DNA of 64,000 bases from assembly GCF_009914755.1 (NCBI RefSeq), contig NC_060929.1. One strand, 5' to 3'. Position numbers and translations under genes: made by a program. Position 1 is the stretch's first letter. Each line of letters begins with the position of its first letter. Below the pieces are notes generated by a model. The model searched no databases. It worked only from the letters and a program-made list of their open reading frames with translations, and was not told the origin of the DNA. Positions 1 through 16,534 of this stretch are shown in pieces. This DNA comes from the human T2T-CHM13v2.0 reference genome, Homo sapiens.

Positions 1-2325
1 AGGATTCCCCAGTGAAATCATCTGGGTCTGGAAATGTCTTTTTTGGAAGTTTTAAAATAACAAATTCAGTTTCCTTAACAGATATAGAGCTATTGGAAGT
101 ATCTATTTTGCATTCAGTGAGTTTTGGTAGTTTGTATTTTTTTTTTTAAGGAATTGGTCCATTTTGTCTAGAGTTGTCTATATTATTTTCTTATTATCCC
201 TTGATTCTGCTGTGTCAGTGGTGATATCCATTTCATTTTTGATATCGGTAATTTTTGTCTATTCTCTTGTCAGTCTTGCTGGAGGTCTATTAATTCTATT
301 TGTTGATCTTTTAAAAGAACCATCTCTTTGCTTTGTTGATTTTCTTGTTTTCAATTTTAGGGATTTCTGTTTTTTAATTTATTTCCTTGTGTTTGCTTTG
401 GGATATTTTTATCTTCTTTTTCTATATTTCTGAGATGGAAGCTTAGATTATTAGAGAAAATTTTCTCTTTTCTAGCATAGGCATTTAGTGATATAAATTT
501 CTCTCTTGGCATTGCTTTAGCTGTGTCCCATTAATTTTACTGTGTTGTATTTTAAATTTTTGTTCAGTTCAATGTATTTTTCCCTTGAGATTTGCTGTTT
601 TATTCATGAGCTATTTAGATGTGTATAGTTTAATTTTCAAGTGTTTTCAGATTTCTTTTATCTTTCTATAACTAATTTCTAGTTGGATTTCATTATGGTC
701 AGAGAATGCACTCTGTACAATTTTAATTATTTTAAATTTGTCGACATTCATTTTGTGGCTCAGAATATATTATTTCCTGGTATTTGTTTGATGGCACTTA
801 AAGAGAATGAATATTCTACTTTTCTTGGGGGAGAAGTATTCTACAATTGTCTATTAATCTGTTTTATTTGATGTAAAATTTTTATATTCGATTTTTTATT
901 TTTTAAAAATCAATTGAGAGTGGGGTATTGTGGAATTGTCTATTTTTCCTCCTTTCAGTCATATTGGTTTTTGTTTTACATGCTTTGTGACTATGTTGTT
1001 TGGTGCATACATATTTAAAATTGTGTCTCCCTGGTGGATTGAGCTTTTGACCATTATATAATGTCTCTGTCTCTGGTAATTTTCTTTGTTCTGAAGTTTA
1101 CTTTGTCTGATATTAATATAGGTACTTTTGTTTTCCTTGGATTAATGTCTCCATAATATATCTTTTTCCATCCTTTTATTTTTAATCTGCTTATATTGCT
1201 GTATTTGAAGTCAGTTTCTCGTAGAAAGCATGTAACTGATCATTTTAAAATCTACTTTGTCAATCTTTTTTTTAAAATAAATTTTGAATTTTGTTTCTCA
1301 AGTCACTGGTATGTAAACTGTGTTCCTTGGAGTCCCAGATATTTTCCACCTGCCAGTGGGTCTGTAACTGGAGGAAAAAGGCAGGCTGCATGGTGAGGTT
1401 CCAGGCCCCAAACCCCATGTTTTAATTGGCATAATCACTTGCATATAATGTGATTATTAATATGTTAGGGACTAAGATTACCATTTTGTCTTTTTCTTGT
1501 TTTCTTTTTCTTACCTTCCTGTGGTTGTTTGAACAGTTTTTTAGAATTCCATTTTCAGCTTTTGCATTTTTGAGTATATCTCTTTGTATAGCTTTTTGAA
1601 TGATTTAGATATTGTATTATATATACACAACTTATTACAATCTATAGTTTTATCATTTTACCAGTTTGAGTGACATATAAAAAATTTACTTCTTTTCTCC
1701 TTCCTAATTTATAATATAATTTTCATAAATATGTCCTCTACATATATTTAGAAGCAAATGAAACGTGTCATAATTTTTACTTCAATAGTGAAACATAATT
1801 TAGAAAGTTTAAGAAAAGCCTATTGCATTTAGCTATTTTTTTAAATTAACATGTTATATTTTCCTTTCTGATGTTCCAAGATTACTTATTTTGTCTTTCC
1901 TTTTTGTTTAGAGAACTTCTCTTAGCCTTCTTTTAAGATAAGTCTGCTGGCAACTAATTCCCTTGGTTTTCCTTCATTTGCAAATGTCTTTTATTTCCCC
2001 CTTTATTTTTTTGTTTGTTTTCACATATAGCATTGATCCCTTTTGTTTTTAAAGGATGTTTTTACTGGGTATAGAATTATGGATTGAAACTTCTCATATA
2101 GAACTTAAAAAATATTTTTGTACTTCCTTCTGGCCTCCATGATTTTTAATGAGAAATACTCTGTCATTTAAATTATTCTTCCTCTAAGGTAAGCCATTAT
2201 TCTTTTTCTGGTTGGTTTCAATATTTTTTTCTTTGTCTTTGCCTTTCAGAAGTTTAATTATATCTTGGTGTAGATTTCTTTGAATTTATTCTGTTTGGGA
2301 TTTCCTCACCTTCTTAAATCTGTAA
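1..2325 (-). mobile_element. Old LINE-1 (L1M-type) ORF2/ORF1 relic, antisense
   Basis: T-rich sequence with antisense L1 ORF2 phrases (ccagtgaaatcatctgggtctgg, ggaattggtccatttt, tttgttgatcttttaaaagaacca) and an ORF1-like antisense segment near 2.0-2.3 kb; heavily decayed. Confidence 0.85.
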
Positions 2326-2467
2326 ATTCAAAGCACAGGCCCCCTCCCCCTAATCCCCCTTCAAATGTCCTTTAAATTTTAGATAAGTCTGTTCTAATCC
2401 CAGTCTTCTGTATATCTAAAATACATCTTTTATCTTGCTCTTTGGCACTCTACTATTTATCTTCCAG

Positions 2468-4290
2468 GCACAGTAAAAAACAGAAAGCAAAAAGCTCAGA
2501 AATCTGGAATTTATTAACATCTAGAGTTGATTGTTTCCCACTGCTTGTTGGAAATGGTTTGTATATCCAACACTGGTGACTGGTGACTAGATAACTAAGT
2601 TTAGTATGGCCGTCAGGTATGCTTAGTAACTTGGAGACATTGTAATATATTCTAATTGAGAAAAGAAACTTGTGCAGGGTAACTCCATTTATAAATAATG
2701 GCCTATATGTGCATCTTTGTGTGACTGGATATTTGCACGAACACAGTGATAGTATCTAAGGACCCATTTTGTGATGTCAACTCTACTTGTTGCAGAAATG
2801 TAGAAATAGCTTAATTTTTACTTGTACGTCTTTCGTTTATTATGAATAAATGTATATTACTCTTTTTATTTCTAAAAAATATAAAACAACGTACAAAGCC
2901 ATTATATTTCCTTTGTGAAGATAATCTCTTTTTGGGGCAATAGTATGTTTTCCAACGATATTCAATTGTCTGCCCAGGGTTCTTGACTTTTGTACACTTA
3001 AGGATAATTTGGCTCATGAAATGAAAGCCAACTCTTGATTACTGGGAATGAATTAACTTATGTTTATCAAAGTTAAACAAATGTACAAATGTATAAAGTA
3101 GTAGAAAATATAAAATCTTAATAAATTTGTTAAAACAAGAATATATTAAAAGATATCTACTATACAGAATTAGAGAATATCTAGTAAATGTCACATTGTT
3201 TCTGTTATGATAATTACAGGACTGATTCACTAACTAAATGAGATAAGTTTAATGGGTCTTGTCTACCTTTCCCCAACATTAGGCTTGGTTCTTCCTCTAG
3301 ATACATGTAAAGCAAATTTTTAGAAATGAGTTTGAAGGAATATGAAATCTCCTACACCAATTAATTTGATTTCTGAAAGAATTTTAGAAGGTAAAGATGA
3401 AACAACAATGAAGAAACTTTATACTAAACAATGTTGAAGGGGGCATGAACAGACTCAGCTAAAAAACATCAGCAACTGCAGGTTGCCTTAGTGGATAACT
3501 TTTTGGTCCTTTGTCATAAAGTATTTTATGTGATATTCAGTGCTCCAAAACCAGATATCACACAATGGTAAAAATCTGCAAAGATATTTTGTTTAGCCTT
3601 CACATACTTAAATTTTAGATTCATTGGCAGCATTCAAACATTGGGAGATTTCTCATGAGAATGAAGCTATATTTTTCAAGAAACAAGTCAAAAAAACTGT
3701 TGATGATGGGTACATATTCCCACAAGTCAAGTGCTGGCCATTGCTGAATAATGGCCATCCACTTTGGACAGGGCACAAGTATCCCCATTCCCCACCCAAA
3801 CTGCTTCAGTAGGTCATATTATTTGCCTGGCCTCTGTAGCAACTCAGTTTTTAACTTCTATCTTAAAAGATTATTTTCATACTTCTTTACTTTGCTCTTT
3901 AGGATGACACTATATAATAATACTGTGTTTCAGAATCTGATGTGTAATTTTGCTTAATTTTTATCAAGTGCATTTTGTACCATCTTTTGGCCATTTTTGT
4001 TTTACTCATGATTTTGACTTTGCCATGACCTATTTTCCTTTAATTTTTCCAGTTAATCAAAAGGTGGCTGAATAGTAAGGAAGAAATTGATATTGCTATT
4101 TTACACACTAGAATAGAGAACTACCTACCATAATTCTCTTTTCTGCTCATTTTATCAGCTTACTAATTTTTAGCATATAAAACATGAATAAAAATCTCTC
4201 CAAAATAAATATTTTGATGATTATGGAATGAAACTTGTAACTTACTAAATTCTGAAGAAAGTTTTAAAATAAAATAACTGAATACTGATG
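2468..4290 (+). other. Candidate terminal exon / 3'UTR of an unidentified + strand gene
   Basis: Pyrimidine-rich acceptor ...tactatttatcttccag| at 2467; short frame (G)TVKNRKQKAQKSGIY* ending 2517; AT-rich, repeat-poor downstream sequence with AATAAA at 2845, 3120, 4187, 4204 and 4268. Gene not recognised. Confidence 0.35.
3600..3960. mobile_element. Degenerate hAT-Charlie-type DNA transposon fragment (MER103-like)
   Basis: ttggcagcattcaaacattgggagatttctcatga resembles a recalled ancient hAT MITE motif; weak. Confidence 0.3.
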
Positions 4291-4566
4291 TTGAAATGTT
4301 TATATCAAAAATTTAAATAGATACTTTATAGCATTAGGTAAGTCACAAAAGGGGGTCACAAAATAAGCTTGTAATTTTTTGTTCAAATCAATGCATGAGG
4401 AGAAAGGGATTAGTTTTGATATTCGTAAAGTATGGAAAAGTTTTTACACTGTATGTGCTGTGCAGTAGAAGACATTCATAATTATTTATGCTGAATACAA
4501 GGAGAAGTATTGAGTTTTTTCTATTGATAAGAAAAAAGGTAATATAATCCCTCTATTTGTATAGGA

Positions 4567-5400
4567 TAGTGGTTCTCATACCTTTTCGAATCAGGGCTCC
4601 TTTACACACTTAAAAATTATTTAGGACCTAAATGAGTTTTTATTTATGTGGGTCTATATTTACTGTATTAGAAACTTAGACATTTTAAAATAATTTACTT
4701 CTTTAAAAATAACAATATATCTATTACATCTTAACAAATGGCATATTTTAATGATAAGTAACTATATTTTCCAAAACAAAAAATTAGGAAGAATTTTTCT
4801 TTCATATTTGGACTAATAGAAAATAGGTTCTCATATCTGCTTATGCATTCAGTGTTTTGTGCTGTGTTGTTTTGGTTGAAGTACATGAAGAAATATCCAG
4901 CCTCATACATAATTGGTAAAAGGGGAATTAGTGCCTCTTTGAAAGGATTTTGGGACTATGGTGGTTAGTTTTCTGTGTCAACTTAGCTAGGCTACAGTCA
5001 TCAGTTGTCTAGTTGAACACTAATCTAGATGTTGCCATGAAGGCGTTTTGTAGGTCTAAAGCCCATAATCAGTTGATTTTAAACAGGAGAGATTATTTTA
5101 TATACCCTGAGTGGACCTGATTCAATCGGTTAAAAGGTCACAGAAGCAGAGCTAAGCCTTCTGTGAAGAAGAAAGTTCATCTGTGGATAGCAGTGTTAGC
5201 TACTGCTGGATAATTCCAGCCTGCCCTTCCTGATGGTTTACCCTGTGGATTTCACACTTACCTGGCCAGTCTCCATAATCACATAAGTCAATTTCTTGCA
5301 ATAAGTTTATTCACTGATACCTCCTACAGGTTTCTCTGGTTAAACTGTGACTGATACAGGGACCCTGTGGGGTCCTCAGCCCTTACTTTGAGAATCGCTG
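4567..5400 (+). mobile_element. MER119/Charlie7-type hAT DNA transposon, interrupted by an MLT2 LTR
   Basis: Terminal inverted repeats tagtggttctca...tttgagaatcgctg; internal cctttacacacttaaaaattatttaggacc; partial 8-bp TSD gtatagga/gtatacag. Confidence 0.8.
4957..5358 (+). mobile_element. MLT2 (ERVL) solo LTR
   Basis: Starts tatggtggttagttttctgtgtcaacttagctagg, ends tgactgataca; perfect 5-bp TSD gggac (4952-4956, 5359-5363). Confidence 0.85.
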
Positions 5401-6267
5401 GTATACAGTATTCTTTATAAAGCCTTTCATGTCACTAACCTAATTGGCTTAACATAATAATTATGTAGAGCCAATAAGGCAGAAATTGTTACTTCTATCC
5501 CAAAAGAGGGTATTTACCAAATGGTACAATCCATCAGCAGCTCTTAATCTTGATCCTTAAATTTCCAGTTCCTATTTCAATCCTTTATCAATCTTTATTC
5601 TTTACCATAATAACCTTCTAATATATTTGGAAACATATTTGCAGAAATAGATATTCATATTTTTAATACACATATGCCACATAAAAGTTCCTTGGAAACA
5701 GACCATAGGATAGAAAACATATCTTACCTATACATACTTGTTAGCCAAAAATGTATCAAATATTGATTACATAACTATTTCTAAGATATGAATAATAGTG
5801 ATACAAAAGAAACATAGTGCTTTCTGTTCAAGAAGGTTGTAATTTAACATAGACAGATATGATTATTCACCTCTAAATATATGAGATGATATTTGATAAA
5901 GTGATTTGAAATCTAATTCTACTGGTGCTTATTTGAACCTCAGGCATTGGAACAGGTTCACTTTAATCTTTTTCAGCTACTTCCATTATGGGATGGAGTT
6001 CCTACTCAATATCTGATGCTCCCACTCGTTAGTGAGTTTATGGAAGACAGGGATAATAACCAATCAGCAGGTGCCTGGTAACAGCCTGTTAATTGAATGG
6101 TTGTCTGAGGTCCTAGAGAATGGTTACAACACAGAAAGGTGAAAGGGAAGAGAAAAAGTAAAAAAGTTGGGAGAAATGGCAAAACCAAAGAATGGAAGAT
6201 GGAATATAAGACAATAAAATGAAAACTGAACTGGAGGAGAGGGCATGTGTTAAAAAGTAACAAGAGA

Positions 6268-9729
<3,462 letters not shown>

Positions 9730-9814
9730 GAAGTAGCAAGAGATTTATGTGAACAAATAAAGGGCTTCCATTTTATGAACGACTGGACCAAAAAGCTGTG
9801 TTTCATTACAAGCA

Positions 9815-9990
9815 AGAGGCAGTGTAGTATTGTGGCTAGGAATATGAACTTAGGTCAGTCAGATCTAGATTTATGTCCTAGTTCCATCATGTACTAGCTA
9901 TATGTTCTTAGATAAATTACCTAACTTTTTTGAGCCTCAGTTTCTACATCTGTAAACATTCAGAAAGTTATTATGAAAATTAAATGTGTA
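9815..9990 (+). mobile_element. MIR
   Basis: gaggcagtgtagtattgtgg...ttacctaacttttttgagcctcagtttctacatctgtaaa MIR core. Confidence 0.8.
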
Positions 9991-11364
9991 GCAGTCACAT
10001 AAATCTGTGTACAACTAGGATTTATGAGAGTCTCATATATATGCATATATATATATATATGGATACAAAAGTATCTACAGAGCTTAAAAATGGTGGCTAT
10101 TACCACTCAATAACCCATTTGTTAATATCTGGGCCCACTGAAAGTAAATTCAGTTGATGACAGGTAGTTGTAATGGGAGACAACTAGGAGAACTTACTTA
10201 CCTAGCTATAGCACTGGTCTTGTTTGTGTCTATACTAAATATATAATAAAGACTTAAAAATAATTCAAGTAAGCTTATGGCCTAGATGTGAGGCATCACT
10301 TTTATTTTAGAACACACACAGAAATGGGGCTACTCCTGAGCAACTTGCCACATAGCAGAATGTCAAGGAACTAAATCTCAGGTTTTTCCAAAATTGTACA
10401 AATCTAATGATCTGCACATACTTTATTATAAAGATAAGCATGTATCCATATGATATTTTTGACTTAGATTGGGAGGATAAATGACCAATGTTACAGAACA
10501 TTCACCAGAATTATAGTTGCTAATTTAAAGTAGAATTTCTAGCCTCAGAATTTGTTGGCATGGTTGTGTTTTAGTATAATAGATGTGAATCCCCTTTTCA
10601 AAGGAATTAGAAGTTTTAACTGTGGATTTGGGAAGAAATCATTGATTGGAAACTGTTATAAGAATATAGGAAAAAATAAAAGCATTAAGTAAATCACTCA
10701 ATTGTCTTCGTACATTATTTTCTATTCATTTGATGCAAATATTCAAAGTGATTTTCCAGATAGAAGGGATGGATTTTTCTCAGAGCTGAACATGTATCGT
10801 TATTCAGGTCCTGTGCCTATCTAAATCACATGACAAAACTAAGGGGTAATATCACCGAAAGCTCTGAAAACCAACAAAATCCTGAGCAACATAGTGTCAC
10901 AGCGTCACAAGGCAAGGGGAGCGTTAAGCCTGAGTTGTACAGTTATGTCTGGTCTGCCATGTGAAGCTCCGGTACAAAAACCAACAGCCTTTCTGCATCT
11001 AGAGAAGCTGCCAGACTACCGTCATATATGATGTGGCGTAGCAGCTAATTTTGCACAAAAGAGTCAATGCCTTTTTGACTCTTTTCCTGGATTCTCTGGC
11101 TTCCTGATTAATTTGAATATCTCAAACAGTTGGTTATTATCTCAGAGAAAACCTGTGGTTCATTTCATCCCTTTGATTCTTTCTCTCTCACTTAATGACT
11201 AGTAAACACCACAAGGTTGACAACAGAGCTTTAGGCAGTTTATGCCACATACATTGAACATTTTACTTGCTGAAGCCACTGTTATGAAGTTTGTGATTTT
11301 CTTTAAAAGAGAAAAACCTTGCATATTTTCTAACAAGAACCAAACTTCTAAGGCATATGAACAG

Positions 11365-11366
<2 letters not shown>

Positions 11367-11414
<48 letters not shown>
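11367..11414. repeat. (AC)24 microsatellite
   Basis: Perfect dinucleotide run. Confidence 0.98.
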
Positions 11415-11416
<2 letters not shown>

Positions 11417-11829
11417 TGCAACTATATCTCTCTGACCTGGAAGTCAGAGATTGGATTATAATAAGCTCATAGAGAAAAGTCTCTCTTTCCTGGACAAATC
11501 AATAGCATGATGCTACCCCAAGTTCTGGGAAGGTAAATGACCTCTAAGACTTGCAGACTGGTGAAGACTAGGATTTATTGGAATTACACATTAGACATGA
11601 CTAACTTTCCAAGAATATTTGATAGGAGGGTCCTGGAATTCATTATACTTATGCAGATTAAGAAAATCAAGATTTGGGGTCCTCAGTAGTGGACAAAGCC
11701 AGGGCATAGTATTACACATGCAATCTACAAGTATTTACTTGCATTAATCTAACAGAAACAGGAAACCAAGAAATTCATATAAGGCTTGATTCTGTATTAA
11801 CCACCGGGGAAAAGTATGCATTGGAATTA

Positions 11830-12070
11830 ATTTGGAGAGACCTGGTTCTAATTTTGCTTCTGCCATCTTGGCTATTTGACCTTTGAAAGCTACTTTATCT
11901 GTCAGCCTTAGTTTCTTCATCTGCAAAATAAGCATAACAATGTCTACTTTACATAGTTATTATAAATTATGTATATAAATATATGTAAATTCTCTAGATA
12001 TCTGACATATGTGTGTACACATAAACATGATCTGGTATAATAAATACTCAAATTGCAGTTGCTATTATTA
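11830..12070 (+). mobile_element. MIR
   Basis: agacctggttctaattttgcttctgcca...gccttagtttcttcatctgcaaaat. Confidence 0.75.
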
Positions 12071-14242
12071 CCACACTCTGCCCAACTCAACTGTAAATTC
12101 AGGTACCATAACTAATTGCTTTCATTTTTTCCCATCAGAATGAGAACTGGATGATGCAATTCATCTCCTTAGCTACTGTCATATATCACCCCTACCCCTA
12201 TTTGGTTAAAAGGAGCTAAGTATAGCTAAACATAAATATTATTTAAAAAGCCTGATTTCTAGGAAACAATACCAGAGACAAAAAAAAAATAGTCCTATAA
12301 CTGCCTTTTTATTTCAGTTGGGGAAAAAAAAAGTCTTAGAATGTTTGCTCACAAAAACCCTTTAGATTCCCCCTGCACTTCTGGCTTCCAATTCTGCATG
12401 TAAGGATCTTAGAACTCAATGCACCATTCTAACAACAAGTGAAATGCTGAACAGACTGAAAAATCAACTCTTCTTGTATCTGTAAGAAAAGTGAGGACAC
12501 AAGGCAAACCATTGCCCCCAAGATTGAAAGACAGGTGAATACAGCAAACCATGGCTTGCTGGAAAACAGACTCACAGGAAGAAATCACAGTGGGAACCTG
12601 GGCCAGGATAGGAAAAGCTGAACTGTAATGAACAAACTGCTGGAGACTTAACTGTGGACAAATCTGAGTTAAAACTCCAGAAGGACCCTGTCATGAGGGG
12701 CCAATATTTTTGTTTTAACTCTAGGAGCCTGGCCAGGTGCTCACAGTAAATAATGAACCCTTCCCCTTCAAACATGCTTCTGTCAGGGGAGGGGAAAATG
12801 AACCATTTTGAAATATACCAGGCAACTCTGTTCTTTTTAACAAGGCCTGCCCTCAGAGGAGGTTAGCCAACCAGGGCCTAAACTGTTGGAATATGATCAG
12901 AGCCTAACTGAATTAGGGGAAAGAAAATACCCAACTCCGACTCCCTCCAGCCTTCCACGTGGGAGAAGAAAAATACCTAATTCCAGTTCATCCTAGCCAT
13001 CCTGTCCCATGCAAGGGGAAAGAAAGTAACCTGAGAAGCACTTGTGAAGTTCACAGTCAAAAGGCATAGGCTCGCTAAAAGACAGACTGAATCACAGGAC
13101 TATAGAGTGTTTCTCCTCTTCCCATACCTTGCTAGTACAATATTAAAGCCTTATTTGTGGCTGTTTCTTTTAACTGGTACATCATGTTCAGCTATAATGG
13201 ATATGATGATTATAAAAAAAATACGAGGTGTACTAAAAGGCAAGAACAAACAATAAAAAAAAAACCCCACAATTTGAGGAGACAGAACAAGCAGCAGAAC
13301 CAGTCTTGGATGAGATGAAAAGAATCTCTGAGCTTGAAAACATAACAAAAACCTCCAAAACCAAAAAACAAAAAGAGAAAAAGACAAACTAAAAACTTCA
13401 GAGCAGAATATCCAAGGATGGGACAACTAAAAAAGACGTAACATACAAATGATGGAAATACTAGAAGGAGAAAAAGATCAGAGAATGAAATAAATGTTTG
13501 AAACAATACTGGCTGAGAATTTCCCCAAATTAATGTCAGACACAAAGCCAGAAACCTCAGAGAACACTAACCAGGAGAAATGCCAAAAAAAAACACAAAA
13601 AACAAAACAAAAACCTACAACAAAGCATATTATTTTAAAACTACAGAAAATCAAAGACAAAGAATTCTGAAAGCAGTCAGAGGGAAAAAACACCATACTG
13701 TAGGTATAGAATGAAGCAAAGAATTACATCTGACTTTTCCTCAGAAAATGTAAACAATAGTAGAGTGAAATATTTAACATGTTGAGAAAATAACCAACAA
13801 CCTACAATTCTGTACTTTTTGAAATTATTCTTCAAAAATACAGGAGAAATTATTCTTCAAAAATACAGGAGAAATAAAGCCTTTCTCAAACAAAAATTGA
13901 GGGAATTCATTGCCAGTAGACCTGTCTTATAAGAAGTGTTGTTATTTAGAGAGGAGGAAAATACAGGTCAGAAACTTGAATCTTCATAGAGAAAGGAAGA
14001 ACATCAAAGAATAAGTAAAAGTGAAACTAAAACTTTTAATTGATCAAATAGATAACAGTTTGCTCAAAATAAAAATGCAATATGCTTTATTCCATATATA
14101 TGTATATATACATATGTGCTTATATATAAGTGAAAAGAATGACAATAATGATACAAGGAACAGAAGGGAGGGAATTAGAATAATTTTTACTCAATAGTTG
14201 TTATAATGTACTCACATTACCCTTGAAGAGGTATAGTGTTAT

Positions 14243-16046
14243 TTTTATTTTTCCATAGGTTATTGCCGTACAGGTGGTATTTGGTTACATAAGTTCTTTA
14301 GTGGTGATGTGTGAGATTTTGGTGCACCCATCACCTGCGCAGTATATATACACTGCACCATATTTGTAGTCTTTTATCCCTTGCTCCCTTTTCCACTTTT
14401 CCCTCCAAGTTCCCAAAGTCCATTGCATCATTCTTATACCATTGCATTCTCATAGTTTAGCTCCCACATATCAGTGAGAACATACGATGTTTGGTTTTCC
14501 ATTCCTGAGTTACTTCACTTAAAAGAATAGTCTCAAATCTCATTCAGGTCACTGCAAATGCCGTTAATTCATTCCTTTTTATGACTGTGTAGTATTCCAT
14601 CATGTATATACATCACAGTGTCTTTATTCACTCATTGATTGATGGACATTTGGGTTGGTTCCACAATTTTGCAATTGTGAATTGTGCTGTCATAAATGTG
14701 TGTGCATTTTTTTATATAATGACTTTTTTGTATAATGACTTTTTTGGTATAATGACTTATTTTCCTCTGTGTAGACATCCAGCAGTGGGATTGCTGGGTC
14801 AAATGGTAGTTCTACTTTTAGTTATTTAAGGAATATCCCCACTGTTTTCCATAGTGGCTGTACTAGTTTATATTCCCACCAGCAGTGTAGAAGTGTTCTA
14901 CACTTCTACATCTGCACCAATATCTACTATTTTGATTCTTGAATTATGGCCATTTTTTCTGGAGTAAGGTGGCATCACATTGTGATTTTGGTTTGCATTT
15001 CTCTGGTTATTAATGTTGAGCATTTTTTCATATATCTATTGGCCATTTGTATATCTTCTTTTGAGAACTGGCTATTCATGTCCTTAGCCCATTTTCTGAT
15101 GGGATTATTTATTTGCTTTTTAGTTCATTGTTGATTCTGGATATTACTTTTCTGTCAGATGTATAGATTGTGAAGATTTTCTCCCACTCTGTGGGTTGTC
15201 TGTTTATTCTGCTGACTGTTCCTTTTGCCAAGCAAAAGCTTTTTAGTTTAATTAACTCCCAGCTACTTAACTTTGCTTTTATTGTATTTGCTTTTGGGTT
15301 CTTGATCATGAAATCCTTGCCTAAACCAATGTCTAGAAAGGCTTTTCCAATGTTATCTTCTAGAACTTTTATAGTTTCAGGTCTTAGATTTGAGTCCTTA
15401 ATACATCTTGAATTGATTTTTGTATGAGGTGAGAGTTGAGGATCCAGTTTTATTCTCCATGTGGATAGCCAATTATCCTAGCACCATTTGTTGAAAAAGG
15501 TGTCATTTCCTCATTTTATGTTTTTGTTTGCTTTGTCGAAGATCAGTTGGCTGTAAGTATTTTGGTTTATTTCAGCGTTCTCTATTCTTTTCCATTGGCC
15601 TATGTGCCTATTTTTATACCAGTATTATGCTGTTTTGGTGACTACGGCCTTAGAGTATAGTTTGATATCAGGTAGTGTGATGCCTACAGATTTGTTTTTT
15701 GCTTTGTCTTGCTTTGACTATGCGGTCTTTTGTTTTGGTTTCATATGAATTTTAGAATTGTTTTTTCTACTCTGTGAAGAACGACGGTGGTATTTTGATG
15801 GGGATTGCATTGAATTTCTAAATTGCTTTTGGTGGTATGTTCATTTTCACAATATTGGTTCTACCCATCCATGAGCACGAGATGTGTTTCCATTTGTTTG
15901 TGTCATCTATGATTTCTTTCAGCAGTGTTTTGTAGTTTTTCTTGTAGCGGTCTTTTGTCTCTTTGGTTAGGTATATTCCTAAGGTTTTTTTTTGTTTTTT
16001 TTTTTTCAGCTATTATAAAACAGTTTGAGTTCTTGATCTGATTCTC
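14243..16046 (-). mobile_element. Truncated L1PB1 (3' ~1.8 kb), antisense
   Basis: Reverse L1PB 3'UTR (aagttctttagtggtgat...ggtgcacccatcacc); ORF2 C-terminal fragment 15109-15309 on the minus strand. Confidence 0.9.
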
Positions 16047-16534
16047 TGCGGTCTCTTGTTTTGGTTTCATATGAATTTTAGAATTGTTTTAGTAAATTAG
16101 AAACAGAGGAGAACTTCCTCAACTTGATGAAGAATATCCACAAAAACCTATGGTTAACATCATTCTTCACGGTGAAACTCAAAATTTCTCATTAACATCA
16201 GGAACAAGGCAAGGTTATTCCATTTCACTAATCCATTTCAATATCATAGTAGAAGTCCTAGCTAATGCAATAAAGACAACATAATAAACGGTACACAGGT
16301 TAGGAAGAAAGAAATATAATAGTATTTGTTCACAGATGACATGATTGTCTCTGTAGAAAATCTTTAAGAATAGACAAAAACATGGCCAGGCTCTCGAGGA
16401 GCCAAGTTGGCCGAATAGGAACAGCTCCGGTCTACAGCTCCCAGCGTGAGCGACACAGAAGACGGGTGATTTCTGCATTTCCATCTGAGGTACCGGGTTC
16501 ATCTCACTAGGGAGTGCCAGACAGTGGACGCAGG

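Noticed and set aside
164-433. Hydrophobic membrane-protein-like ORFs in T-rich regions
   Set aside because: T-rich antisense L1 sequence yields F/L/I/V-rich spurious ORFs.
11199-11472. ORFs with HTHTHT / CVCVCV runs
   Set aside because: Translations of the (AC)24 microsatellite.
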